DNA of 64,000 nucleotides from Mytilus californianus. Its lineage: Eukaryota. The stretch covers positions 123,752,001-123,816,000 of the forward strand of contig NW_026262679.1 of assembly GCF_021869535.1 (NCBI RefSeq), in the 5' to 3' direction. Shown one piece after another: positions 1 through 10,700 of the stretch. The translations under genes were made by a program, and so were the position numbers. The notes beneath the pieces are model-generated. The model was given only the letters and a program-made list of their open reading frames with translations. It was not told where the DNA came from and did no database searches. How positions within the stretch are numbered: position 1 is the stretch's first letter; the number at the start of each line of letters is the position of its first letter.

Positions 1-95
1 GGTAAGAGGGTATGTTACTGCTGAGAAATAAGAAGATGACGATTGGAATTTTGAAATCATCGCGTATGTCATAGATTCTAGTTTTAAGTCGTTGT
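1..95 (-). mobile_element. PLE RT C-terminal fragment
   Basis: Reverse strand reads KTRIYDIRDDFKIPIVIFLFLSSNIP. The longer equivalent is at ~20770-21245. Confidence 0.8.
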
Positions 96-281
96 ATAAG
101 CAGATAAATACAAATAAATGTCATAGAAATGTTAAAACATGAGAAAGAAACATAATTATATCATTAGAAAAGTACTAACAAACTTTTTTTTTCTATTTGA
201 ATTCTGTTCTTTATCATTCTGAACAAACTTTTATGTGTCTTATATATGTTTCCAACAATCCAATATATATATATATATATA

Positions 282-975
282 TATAAAAGTCTAAATTGAA
301 AACAACGTTCAAACCTATGATTGCGTTGGATAAAAACCGCAACTTTTATACATGTGCATGCAAAACATATTTCTTGGTAAAGGGGTCTAAATACAGCACA
401 AACAACATTTTTCAAAAGACCAAAAAAGTGACAAAGTATATTTTAACAAAACGCATTTGACTAGCAGGTCGAACAACGGATGTTCTTAAACCCTGCTGAC
501 TGCCATTGGTGATTGCCAAATAAAATGATCACCAGATGTAACAAAATGGATCTTAAATATTAATTTAATATCAAACAAAAAACAATAAACTTGCGGCAAA
601 GATGGTATACCGCAAACAAAAGGTGCAAAAATTAGTACACCATATCCGGATTTCGACAATTAATGTCTCTTCAGTGATGTTAGGAATCGAAACGGTATTT
701 GGAAGGTCATATAATTTACCTTAATTTAGGATAGACTCTTGAATTTTGAAGAGTCGAAATAGGATGAACGGATCATATAAACCCGAAGGCAAATATAATA
801 CAAGCTTAAACGAAAAAATATAAACAAGTCTAAATTGAAAACAACGTTCAAACCTATGATTGCGTTGGATAAAAACTGCAATTTTTATACGTGTGCATGC
901 AAAACAAATTTCTTGGTAAAGGGGTCTAAATACAGCACAAACAACATTTTCCAAAAGACCAAAAAAGTGACAAAG
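282..975 (-). mobile_element. HHR-containing repeat with ~150-nt direct repeats at a 539-nt offset (retrozyme or PLE pLTR-like)
   Basis: gtctaaattgaaaacaacgttc...gtgacaaagtata occurs at 289 and 828, with a canonical HHR between them. The same structure is at ~21475-22170. Confidence 0.7.
638..679 (-). ncRNA. Minimal type I hammerhead ribozyme, intact core
   Basis: Reverse complement: CATCA CTGAAGA GAC-ATTAATT-GTC GAAA T-CCGG-A TA|TGGTG. It has stem I CATCA/TGGTG, the CUGANGA box, perfect stem II, the GAAA box, short stem III with palindromic loop, and an AUA cleavage triplet. Confidence 0.85.
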
Positions 976-1559
976 TATAAGTCTGAAAATTAAACCCAAC
1001 AGTGTAAGAATTAGATTTTTATACTGACAAATTTCTTAGCCTCATGTCAAGCGCTCTAGACAACTATATTATATATAATATTTATGGTTGTTTAATTGGT
1101 GGTGCTTCTGTTTTACTGTAAATATCATTAGAATCATTTTGATTCAAACAAAAATTACTACCACAATCGTTACATGGTGATTCAATAAGTAATACATCTG
1201 GTAGAGATCATTTATAATTGCCTTAAGTAGTAATATATTCTTTAGGAAACTCATGCCAGAAAGACTATCTTTTATAATAAGCATGCAGTTTCCAATTATA
1301 TTTGTTGATCATTCTTGACACAATTGTTGTTTAGACTACATGGTATGCAAATTCATCAAAATTTTGGATTACTTTTATCTTTGATACTTTTCCATTAAAA
1401 CAAAACGATGTTGTGTCATTTTTACTCATATTAAATCATGCAAAAAATAAGAAAAGATAATCTAATGCCGCTTGTCCTATCCTTCATGTTTATCAATTTC
1501 AAGAAAGGAAGATTCATTATCCGCTTAACATATATGTCAATTTAATAAAAGATTGAGTT

Positions 1560-2500
1560 GTAAATTATCGTTCACTAATGCCGTTGCTGTTAAATTTTTT
1601 GTGACTCTTAACCCATCCTTTCATATATGATTCCCCTACAGACATCACTCCTTCTTAAGAAATGTTTTCTTAATGCAGTCAATATATAAATTGTAAAACC
1701 GCATAAGAATCCATACTTCTGTGATACAACATATAGATATTGAAAAACTGTTATAATAATTCTTATTTTGTGAAGAACCACACTGATTCTATCAGAAAAT
1801 ACACTGAAGATGATATAATCAAAATGCTGGACTTTTTGATCGACAATATATTTGTTGAGTTTGGAGGATTGATATTTCAACAGACAGTCGGTATTCCAAT
1901 GGGTACTAATTGTGCACCCCTACTGGCCGATTTGTTTTTGTACTCGTATGAAACAGAATTCATTCAGAACCTTCTAAAAGACAAAAAAAAAACGCACATT
2001 GTGAAATTCTTTAGTTTTACTTTAAGATATATTGATAATATCCTATCACTGAATAACCCATATTTCAGTCAGTACTTGCGTCTCATATATCCCAGTGAAC
2101 TTGAAAATAAGGACACTACTGATAATAGATGGACTGCTTCATACCTTGATCTTTTCCTCAATATTGACACAGATGGACGACTTCAGACTAAAATCTATGA
2201 CAAACGGGATGATTTCAACTTCCCAATTATCAATTTCCCATTTCTCAGCAGTAACATACCCTCTGTCCCGTCGTATGGTGTTTACATTTTACATATCTCA
2301 AATGATACGTTATGCTCGTGCATGTTCACACTATACGGACTTCATATACAGGAGTGTGCTCCTTACGCAGAAACTGCTCCAACAGAGTTATGAGGAGGAA
2401 AGATTAAAAATGACACTCCGTAAATTTTATGGACACCATAATCAATTTGTTGATCTACTAATGTACTAAAAATAAAAATAATCTTACACACCGGTCAGTA
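1560..2500 (+). pseudogene. PLE reverse transcriptase, frameshifted
   Basis: ORFs 1740-2393 and 2095-2469 carry QQTVGIPMGTNCAPLLADLFLYSYE, RYIDN (second catalytic Asp lost), KIYDKRDDFNFPIINFPFLSSNIP and SQ.IRYARAC...RKFYGHH. Confidence 0.9.
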
Positions 2501-2539
2501 ACGACCCTTAATTTCTTAATAAAAGCCACTGACTCCAGA

Positions 2540-2750
2540 CATTTTTTATGGATACTAAGGATTTTCTACCCCTAAAATAGGTTATCTTACCTGTATTTGG
2601 CAAAACTTTTCGGAATTCTCAATGCTCTTCTTCTTTACGTGGCCTTTTTAACCTTTTTTTATTCAAGCGTCACCGATGAGTCTTTTCTAAATGAAACGTG
2701 TATCTCGCGTACAAAATTTTAAGCCTCGTGTCTATGATGAGTTTATCTTA
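2540..2750 (+). mobile_element. Retrozyme-like repeat fragment with degenerate HHR (2668-2709)
   Basis: cgtca ccgatga gtc...at gaaac gtgt atc tcgcg, flanked by the family's ggattttctacc.../ctatgatgagtttat sequences. The paralogue HHR is at 24728-24769. Confidence 0.75.
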
Positions 2751-3040
2751 AAAATGCATAACTGCCATTAACAATGTGTATGTGTTGTCTAGGGTAATTA
2801 GTTTTCAACCTCTGAAACATGTTAGCCTTCTCTTCCACACAATATTTTGAAAGACTGTTGTGAGGGTTTTTTTTACTTTCGAAAATTCCCGCTGACAACC
2901 AACAGCCAATGACTTATAGTTGACAAAAGACTTAAGGATAAAATGAATTATGAGAAAGGTATGCAGCACGAACAGAAATTTGTCTGCACTCAATAGTGAG
3001 ACATTACCCCAATTAAGATTGACCAAATCATAGAATCCTC

Positions 3041-3251
3041 TGTCAACGTATATTTGTTCCGCCTAACAGAAGTTCCACTGGAAACTTTGTTATCAACAAT
3101 GTCATAATATCTATTTCTGTTGGAACAAATATTCTATACCATTTATTCCGTTAGGAACATATACTGTAATATTTATTCCTGTGGAAATAATATTCCAGAA
3201 TATTTTTTCCTTTTGGAACTTATATTATGAAGGAACTTCTATTCCGTGACA
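3041..3251. mobile_element. 211-bp MITE with TGTCA...TGACA termini and 4-bp TSD (CCTC), Ginger-like
   Basis: cctc|tgtcaacg...ccgtgaca|cctc. The empty site tagaatcctctagtaagg is at 25091-25108. The imperfect TIRs match at about 14 of 20 positions. Confidence 0.75.
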
Positions 3252-3409
3252 CCTCTAGTAAGGATATCAAACTGACAGTGATATTGTTTTCCAACAGACA
3301 TCATTGATGGGAACATGAATCAAACAATCTTACAAGCTTTGACATAATTCAATTGGGACAACAATCATTCTGACATTAACTTCAAACTCCAAAATTAATA
3401 TCAAATTCT

Positions 3410-3975
3410 CGTACACAATTTTTATCCTGGTATCTATGATAAGTTTATTTACAACTACTGGGTCAATGCCACTGCTTGTGGTTGTTTCAAAACTTTTCGG
3501 GATTTTCGGTACTCAATGCTCTTCAACTTCGTATTTTATTTGCCCTTAATTTACTTTTTCGATTCGAGTGTCACTTATTTAGACGAAACGCGCGTCTGGC
3601 TTAAAAAATTTTAATCCTGATATTTATGAGTTTTTTACAACCACTGTGTCGATGCCACTACTGGTAGAGGTTATATTACCGAGAATATTACCAGCTCAGT
3701 AGTCAGCACTTCTGTGATGACATGAATTATCATTGATATGGTTATATTTATAAATTAACTGTTTACAAAACATTTAATATTTCAAAGTACTAAAGATGTT
3801 CAACTCCAGGAATAAATTACCTTAGCTGAAATTGGCCAAACCTTACGGAATTTTGGTCCGCAATGCTCTTCAAGTTCTTACTTTATTTGGCCTTTTTACT
3901 TTTGTTTATTCTAGCACCACACATGAATCTTTTGTAGAAGAAGCATCTGGTGTACCCACTTTACCTATGATGAGT
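3410..3975 (+). mobile_element. Tandem ~350-nt retrozyme-like units with degenerate HHRs (~3568-3600, ~3914-3955)
   Basis: HHR remnants are 346 nt apart (348 nt in the copy at 25256-25830). The 25760-25802 remnant keeps stem I CACCA/TGGTG. Confidence 0.75.
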
Positions 3976-4812
3976 TTATCTGAAATTAACATCAAACTTT
4001 TGGGTAACTTTTGTATCAAATGAAAGCTCAAGGATTACTGTAGAACCCTTGTTAAAGTTTCTCTAGAATAATAAAATAAATTAATAAATTTATGACAGGG
4101 GCATATTTGCCTTGTTGCTCAGAACAGAATGTCCAGTTTTTTACTACCCACTTCCGACAACCAGGGCGCTCTAATATTCAATAAAGGATATGTTGAATTG
4201 TTCAGCACAAATCAGGATAATGTATAGTTGTCACATTAACTTATTATGTCTGTTTGGGTTGCTCACCCACATTTGTAAATTTAACGGAATTATTAACAAC
4301 TGTCATACAAGTGGGAGGTTTAGCTAGCTATAAAACCACCATTAACCCATCATTTTCTTTAGAGAATGTGCCTTGGAGTTCGGTATTTTTGTTATATTTG
4401 TTTGCTATGAAATGACCGCCACTTTATTTGAACTTTAGACAAATTAGCTATAAATGCTTGAAATTGCATGATTGAACATAGACAGCAATGGGGCTATGAA
4501 TTAGTGGTTTTATTCCCAAAGATAATTTATATTATTGTTTTAGAGCAGTCGCCAAGAAACAACTTTCTGTCGTATAAATTAAAAAATTGACCGTAGTATT
4601 TTTAACTATATGTATTGCACCCTTTTAAGGGTGAGTTTAACATTTTGTTCAATGGATTTATGACTTTACATTGTCTTCAACTTCGTATGTGATTTAGTCT
4701 GCCAACTGTTTTGATAAAGTCTTATATACTCAAAATGAGTTTCCGGGGCGTACAAAATCGAAAGCCTGGTATATTAAATGGTTTTAACATAACATTTGAT
4801 TATGATTTTTTT

Positions 4813-5085
4813 GGGGCCTTGGTGGCCTAGTTGTCTGAGTAGTTCAACTACTGTACTACTAGCCTGTCAACACTGAGGTTGTGAGTTCGGGCTCTTTGAG
4901 TGGCAGGTGCGTTCGACTCCAATCCTAATTTACTAGAATTGCCAGTTTTTCCTGCCGAAGGTATGTGGTTCTATGCGTGCTCTCCGCCTCCCTCCACCAA
5001 TAAAAACTTGCCGACTCAAAATAGCCAATATTACTGAAAGTGGCGTTTTAACACCAAAAATCAATCACTTAATCAAATATGATTG
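4813..5085 (+). mobile_element. tRNA-derived SINE with a V/Meta-like central domain
   Basis: A-box-like tggcctagttg and B-box-like ggttgtgagttcg, followed by ctctccg..tccctccaccaataaaaac...gaaagtggcgtt and a caatca tail. Confidence 0.65.
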
Positions 5086-5127
5086 TTCAATGAAAAACAC
5101 AATAGTAAATTGACGATTAGGAAATAT

Positions 5128-5764
5128 CCGTCATATTTTGAACCACAAAATTATTTTATTTATTAATATTACTTTTACTGTTAAGCCTGTTTTTTGTGAT
5201 ATCCATTTTACGTGACTCTGTACTTATGTATCCCGTCATACTTTGAACGACAAAATTATTTTATGTCTACCTGTGCGAATTTCAAACGCGCGATTTAACG
5301 CCAGTACTTAAAACCTTCCATCCTTTATGGGTGGATTTTACATAGATAAATAAAATCGTATAATAAAAAAGCAAAATGAGGATGTTAAATTTGATGTATG
5401 CCTTTTTGTGCTTCTTCGTTACATTTGTTTGTTTTTAAAGTGATTAAGATGATAACACAATGTTGACTGCTGAACCCCTGTTTTTGACATTTTTACCTAT
5501 TGTGTCTGTTTGTTTTGTTCACGCACCGTTGTCAATATAATGGAATTTGATGCGACTGTCATACAAGTGAGAGGTTTCGCTAGCTATAAAACCAGGTTCA
5601 ATCCACCATTTTCTACATAAGAAAATGCCTGTACCAATTCAGGAATATGACAGTTGTTATCCATTCGTTTGATGTGTTTGAGCTTTTGATTTTGTCATTT
5701 GATTAGGGACTTTCCTTTCTGAATTTTCCTCGGAGTTCAGTATTTTTGTGATTTTACTTTTTAT
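5128..5764 (-). mobile_element. Non-autonomous interspersed element (aaaagtaaaatcacaaaaatactgaactcc family, possibly Helentron/HINE-type), present only in copy 1
   Basis: The empty site ggaaatattagaagtc is at ~27202-27217. The reverse complement of the element matches 13229-13805. Confidence 0.8.
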
Positions 5765-6959
5765 TAGAAGTCATCCTTATTGCCATCATTTAAGCTTGTC
5801 AGAATTTTGACATGAAAAGTACATAAACAAGTCTTATGATTGCGTTTGTTTGCATTTTAATTGCAGGTGAAAATGTTTTACAGAAATAAATCCAGGCAAG
5901 GAATCAGATATTTTCATGAGAGAAATATATTCCTTAATTTAAAATTATTTTTAAATTTTGAAACAGCAAATTGTAATAACACAATATCCGTATTTTCATT
6001 CCAGTACCGACAAAAAAATAAAAATAACACGACAATAAGATTAGACAGAAATAAAACTGTTAGCCAAGTAAGTCCTAGAGGGAAACTTTGCACTTAATAC
6101 ATTTGATTTATGTTGATCCTGTCTAGAAAATAATCACCGTGTCAAATATGGCATTTTTCATTTACTAGTGTAGATTAAATGTATGATATACAACGTAAAT
6201 ATTCTATTGATGGATATACATTCGATTCATTTTGTCCTCGTCATATTAGAATGGTCATAGATGTACTCACAGAAAGAGTTCATTTTTTATTCTCATAATA
6301 TCGCGTAGCTTTCTTTTTTGGATTCAGTTTTATTATTCAAAATCAGATCGGTAAATTACTGATTATTATTAAAGTGTATTTTAAGATTTCTTTCATTTCG
6401 TGCTGTGTTTTTATGGTTATGAGACTTCGTAAACGCTAATCCCTATTTGGTGCTTACACTATTAAACCAGTTAACGGTTTGGCTTGCAATTAATCCACCA
6501 GTGTCTCGTGGTATGTTTATGTATATGATCATTTATTGCTCTTCTACCTCGTACTTTATTTGGCATTTTAACGTTTTTGATTCGAGAGTCTCTGTTGAGT
6601 CTTTTGTAGACTGGCGTACAAAATTATAAGCTAGGTATAAAACTCATCATAAATGAATTTTGTTGTATTACTTTTTCTATTTGTTAACATTTTTTATTCT
6701 TTTATTCTTTACTGTGTTATTATTGTTTTTCATTTTAGATTTTTGATTCAATTATTTGTTTTATTTTTTGACCTTCTTCCATGTGACTTTTTCATTATAT
6801 TTTTTACTTATTCAGTATTCATTTTCAAATTTATTTATTACTTCTTACATGTTGTTAAAATTTAACTATAATTTCCTGATGGCACCATCCTCTAGGAGTA
6901 CAAAGACATTTATATGATTTACATTACATGTTGCTCTTGACAGGGAAAAAAAGATACAT

Positions 6960-7880
6960 TCAATGAAAAATCATTAGCGAAGAAATGGGGACGGGATTAT
7001 AGCGACGATAAATGAAACAACCTGTCTTTGTCTGTGACAATAAACTGACAACACCATGACCAAAAAAGAAAAATACAAACAAACAACATAGAAAAAGACT
7101 GAGCAACACGAACTCCACCAAATACTGGGGATGATCTCAGGAGCTTCGGAAGGGTAAACAGATCCTGCTCCACATGTGGCACCCGTCGTGTTGCTCATGT
7201 AGGTACACACCTGGTGATATGTCTAATTCGGTAGGTCACATTCGGGGGAAGGGGACGAGATTGTAGTAACGACAATTGGAACATATCCATCGTCATCTGT
7301 GAAACAGATATTCCATAACGGTCAACCAACTCGTGATGGCGTCCGTAAAAATTTACGAAGTGATGGTTTCAACTTCACCACTTGGAACTCTTGGCTTAAT
7401 AGTTTCCTTGTGAACAGCAACCCTCGATCAAGGAAATCCTGATAGGAAACACAAGCCCTGGAATATGGTATCAACTTAGAGATATATACTCCGTATGCAG
7501 GCGCTGCTAATATGTTGCTACATAGAAATTGGAATTTTACAATTGGGAAGCTAAAATCATCTCTTGTATCGTAAAGTTTTTTTTCTCAATCGGCCCTCAT
7601 TGTCAATTTCTAGATGTATGTCAAGATATGAGGCAGACTGAACTGTCTCTGTTGTGTCCTTTATTTCAAGTTTGATGGGATAGATGTGTTCAACATAGTC
7701 ACCGAATTTTGAATTATTTAGTGAGAGAACATCATCTATATAGCGGAAAGTGCTAATTTCTTTTCTTTCTTCCTAAGAAGTTTCTGTATGAAGTGAACCT
7801 CATATGAATGAAGGAACAAGTCGGCAAGAAGAGGGGCACAGTTGGTTCCCATGGGAATGCCGATTGTTTGTTGAATCTTA
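6960..7880 (-). pseudogene. PLE RT 3' half plus 3' tail, decayed
   Basis: Reverse strand reads QQTIGIPMGTNCAPLLADLFL and ...RKFYGRH, followed by the gtgccacatgtggagcaggatctg tail. The paralogue is at 28430-29420. Confidence 0.85.
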
Positions 7881-8393
7881 TCTTTAAATCTTTCAAAGAG
7901 GTTACTTCTTTTTAAATGAAGAGGATTTTGATTAATAGTATCTTTGTAAGAGGAACCTCTCTATAAAGGTAATTCTGATTCGCAGGAAAAGCATATCATA
8001 TCGACTGGTGGATAAATTTTCTATATGCAGGTGTTACTTGAAAAATAATACAGTCCATTGGGGAAACGAAAAAGAGCAAATTTGGTAGCAATTTTCAAGC
8101 GTTCTCCAAGTACACAAATCACAAATAAACAAACAAGACAAACTATTACAGGAAAAAATTGGAATTAGAAAAGCAACACAAGAAAAGATATAGAAAATCA
8201 TACTGTATTTAAATGCTCACTGTTACTAAACATCAGCTCAATATACTTGACTTGCTTATGAAAAATCAAGCCGTCCGAAAATAAATAACGATTCCTGTAT
8301 ATCACAAAAATTTTTATACTGCAACATTATTCACAATACAAGACGATATTTGAAATTTTAGTATAGTATTCACCTATACATAAGACATTTACT

Positions 8394-9091
8394 AGAGATA
8401 AAGGATACTACAGATACAGTTAAGTCTGCCTCATATCTTGACTTACATCTAGAAATTGACAATGAGGGTCGGTTGAAAACAAAACTTTACGACAAAAGAG
8501 ATGATTTCAGCTTCCCAATTGTAAACTTTCCATTTCTATGTAGCAACATTCCAGCAGCGCCTGCATACGGAGTATATATCTCCCAATTGATACGATATTC
8601 CCGGGCTTGTGTTTCCTATCATGATTTCCTTGATAGAGGATTGCTGCTCACAAGGAAGCTATTAAGCCAAGAGTTCCAAATGGTGAAGTTGAAATCATCC
8701 CTTCGTAAATTTTACGGACGCCATCACGAGTTGGTTGACCGTTATGGAATAACCGTTTCACAGATGATATCGGATATGTTCCTTATGTCGTAACTACAAT
8801 ACCCTTCCCTTTTCACGAATGTGACTTACCGAATTAGACTATTTATCGGATTTGTAATAACATAAGCAACACGACGGGTGCCACATGTGGAGCAGGATCT
8901 GCTTACCCTTCCGGAGCACCTGAGATCACCCCCAGTTTTTGGTGGGGTTCGTGTTGCTTAGTCTTTAGTTTTCTAAGTTGTGTCATCTGTATTATTATCT
9001 GTCTGTTTGTCTTTTTATTTTTCGCCATGGCGTTGTCAGTTTGTTTTCGATCTATGAGTTTGACTGTCCCTCTGATATCTTTCGTCCCTCT
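8394..9091 (+). mobile_element. Young 5'-truncated PLE insertion with open RT C-terminus and 6-bp TSD (TTTACT)
   Basis: Open frame EIKDTTDTVKSASYLDLHLEIDNEGRLKTKLYDKRDDF...SDMFLMS* (to 8793), then a ~300-nt tail ending ccctctt. tttact is at 8388-8393 and 9092-9097. The empty site is at ~29930. Confidence 0.88.
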
Positions 9092-9389
9092 TTTACTGGT
9101 TATACCAAATTTGTATTTTAGAAACCAATGAGTCGATTGGAAAAATAAGTTATTCTATTTTTGCTAATAACTTTTTTTTTGTAAACTATATGTGCAACGT
9201 AAAAAAAATATATTAAAACCAAAACATCAATGGTTTCACTATAAACGTCTCTAGTACTAAACTCTAATATTCTAGATAGTTATGAAAAGTAGAAGAGTGA
9301 AAGGAAACTATTTAACTTGACATGAACAAAGGCATAAAGTCGAAACATTAATAATGAAGAGAACAATGGATTTTTTATTTTCAGCGATG

Positions 9390-9640
9390 ACTCAAGTAAA
9401 CATCAAATTCGGATAGTCATTGATATAGTTGGACGACTTCAAACTACAATCTATGAAAAACGTGAGGATTTCAACTTTCCAACTCTCAACTTAACTTATC
9501 TCAGCAGTAACATACCCTCTCATCTATCGTTTGAAGTTAACATGTCTCAGATAATACGTTTCGCTTGTGAATGTTCACACTATACAGGCTGCAATAACAG
9601 TGGTGTGCTCCCTACACCAAAAAATGCTGGAAAAAAACAC
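9390..9640 (+). pseudogene. Degenerate PLE RT C-terminal fragment
   Basis: DGRLQTTIYEKRDDF..SSNIP-type motifs (ORF 30255-30542 in copy 2). Confidence 0.75.
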
Positions 9641-9671
9641 TAATTAAATATACCAGGTTTACAATTTTGTA

Positions 9672-9715
9672 CGCCAGACTCGCATTTCGTCCAAAAAAAA
9701 GACTCATCAGTGTCG
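9672..9715 (-). ncRNA. Minimal type I HHR, core intact
   Basis: Reverse complement: CGACA CTGATGA GTC-ttttttttg-GAC GAAA T-GCGA-GTC|TGGCG. One mismatch in stem I and a U.G pair in stem III. It lies in a retrozyme-like repeat at 9645-9930. Confidence 0.75.
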
Positions 9716-10349
9716 CTCGAATAATAAAGGTTAAAAGTCAATATCAAGTACGAAGTTGTAGAGCATTTGGGACCCGAAATTCCTAAAGGTTTTGCAAATT
9801 ACAGCTCAGTTAATCTATTCCTGAGGTAGAGAATCCTTATATTTCGAACCATTCAAAGTTGTGTAAACAGTTGATTTATAAATATGACCATATCAATGAT
9901 ATTTCATGTCAACACGGAGTGCTGACTACTTTGGTACAGAGATATGAAGAAGAATTACTGAAATCGACAGTACATTAGTTGTACGATCACTTAAACAAAT
10001 TGTTTGATACGATCTGTCGTGCCTCAACTCAATACCTACATCTTTGTGTGGTCTTAGATCTTTAGATACTAGTAAAGTCGTCTGATTTGTATTTTACCTT
10101 TTATGTCTTATTCCCGATTGTGACACTTGACTGATCTTAGATTTGGATGGCGATTAATGCACGTGATGCATGGACACGATTCCCTCAGTTTTTGTTTGTT
10201 ACCATGATTTGTTTTTTATTATTATTAGATTGACGTGATTTATATATATATAATGATTGCTTAAGGCTTTTCAGTTAATTTTGCGTAGACGCATTTATGA
10301 ATTAATGCAACATTAGTTGATTGATGTTCAAATCTCGTAAATCGATTAA

Positions 10350-10700
10350 AACAAGACAAACCAAGGTGGCACACAAAAGCCGGGGGAATCGCACGAATTT
10401 AAAAAGGGGGCGAGTCGTTTGTGTCGACAAGGTAAGCGTATCCTGCTATGCATGTATCAACCGCCATGTGTGTCCAATCTCAGTTAAAATGTCACAATAT
10501 GGGAATAGGACGCAATTAACAAATTACGAATCAGACAACCATACTGGTATTTAAAGATCTAAGAGCGCTTAAACATGTCGCCTGTGAGTTGGGACACCGA
10601 CACATCGTATCGGTCAATCAATTAGTGATGTTGAAATTAAAACTTATATAGTGTCGATTTCAGTCGTTTTTCTTCTTTACTCTGTTGCATCAGTCTTCAT
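10350..10700 (-). mobile_element. Old PLE C-terminus/3'-tail remnant
   Basis: Decayed homology to the PLE tail (gtaagcgtatcctgc...ccgccatgtg; gagttgggacaccgacacatcgtatcggtc). Similar remnants are at 33740-34080, 40040-40170 and 43970-44210. Confidence 0.55.

Noticed and set aside
164-999. Repeated ORFs (NVVCAVFRPLYQEICF...) here and at 21363-22189
   Set aside because: Shadow ORFs of the non-coding HHR repeat, with inconsistent starts and ends.
2500-4000. Short recurring motifs as a possible CRISPR array
   Set aside because: No constant repeat with unique spacers of regular length and no cas genes. The motifs are retrozyme repeats in eukaryotic DNA.
4813-4900. tRNA gene
   Set aside because: A- and B-box-like motifs are present, but there is no cloverleaf and the head continues into a SINE body.
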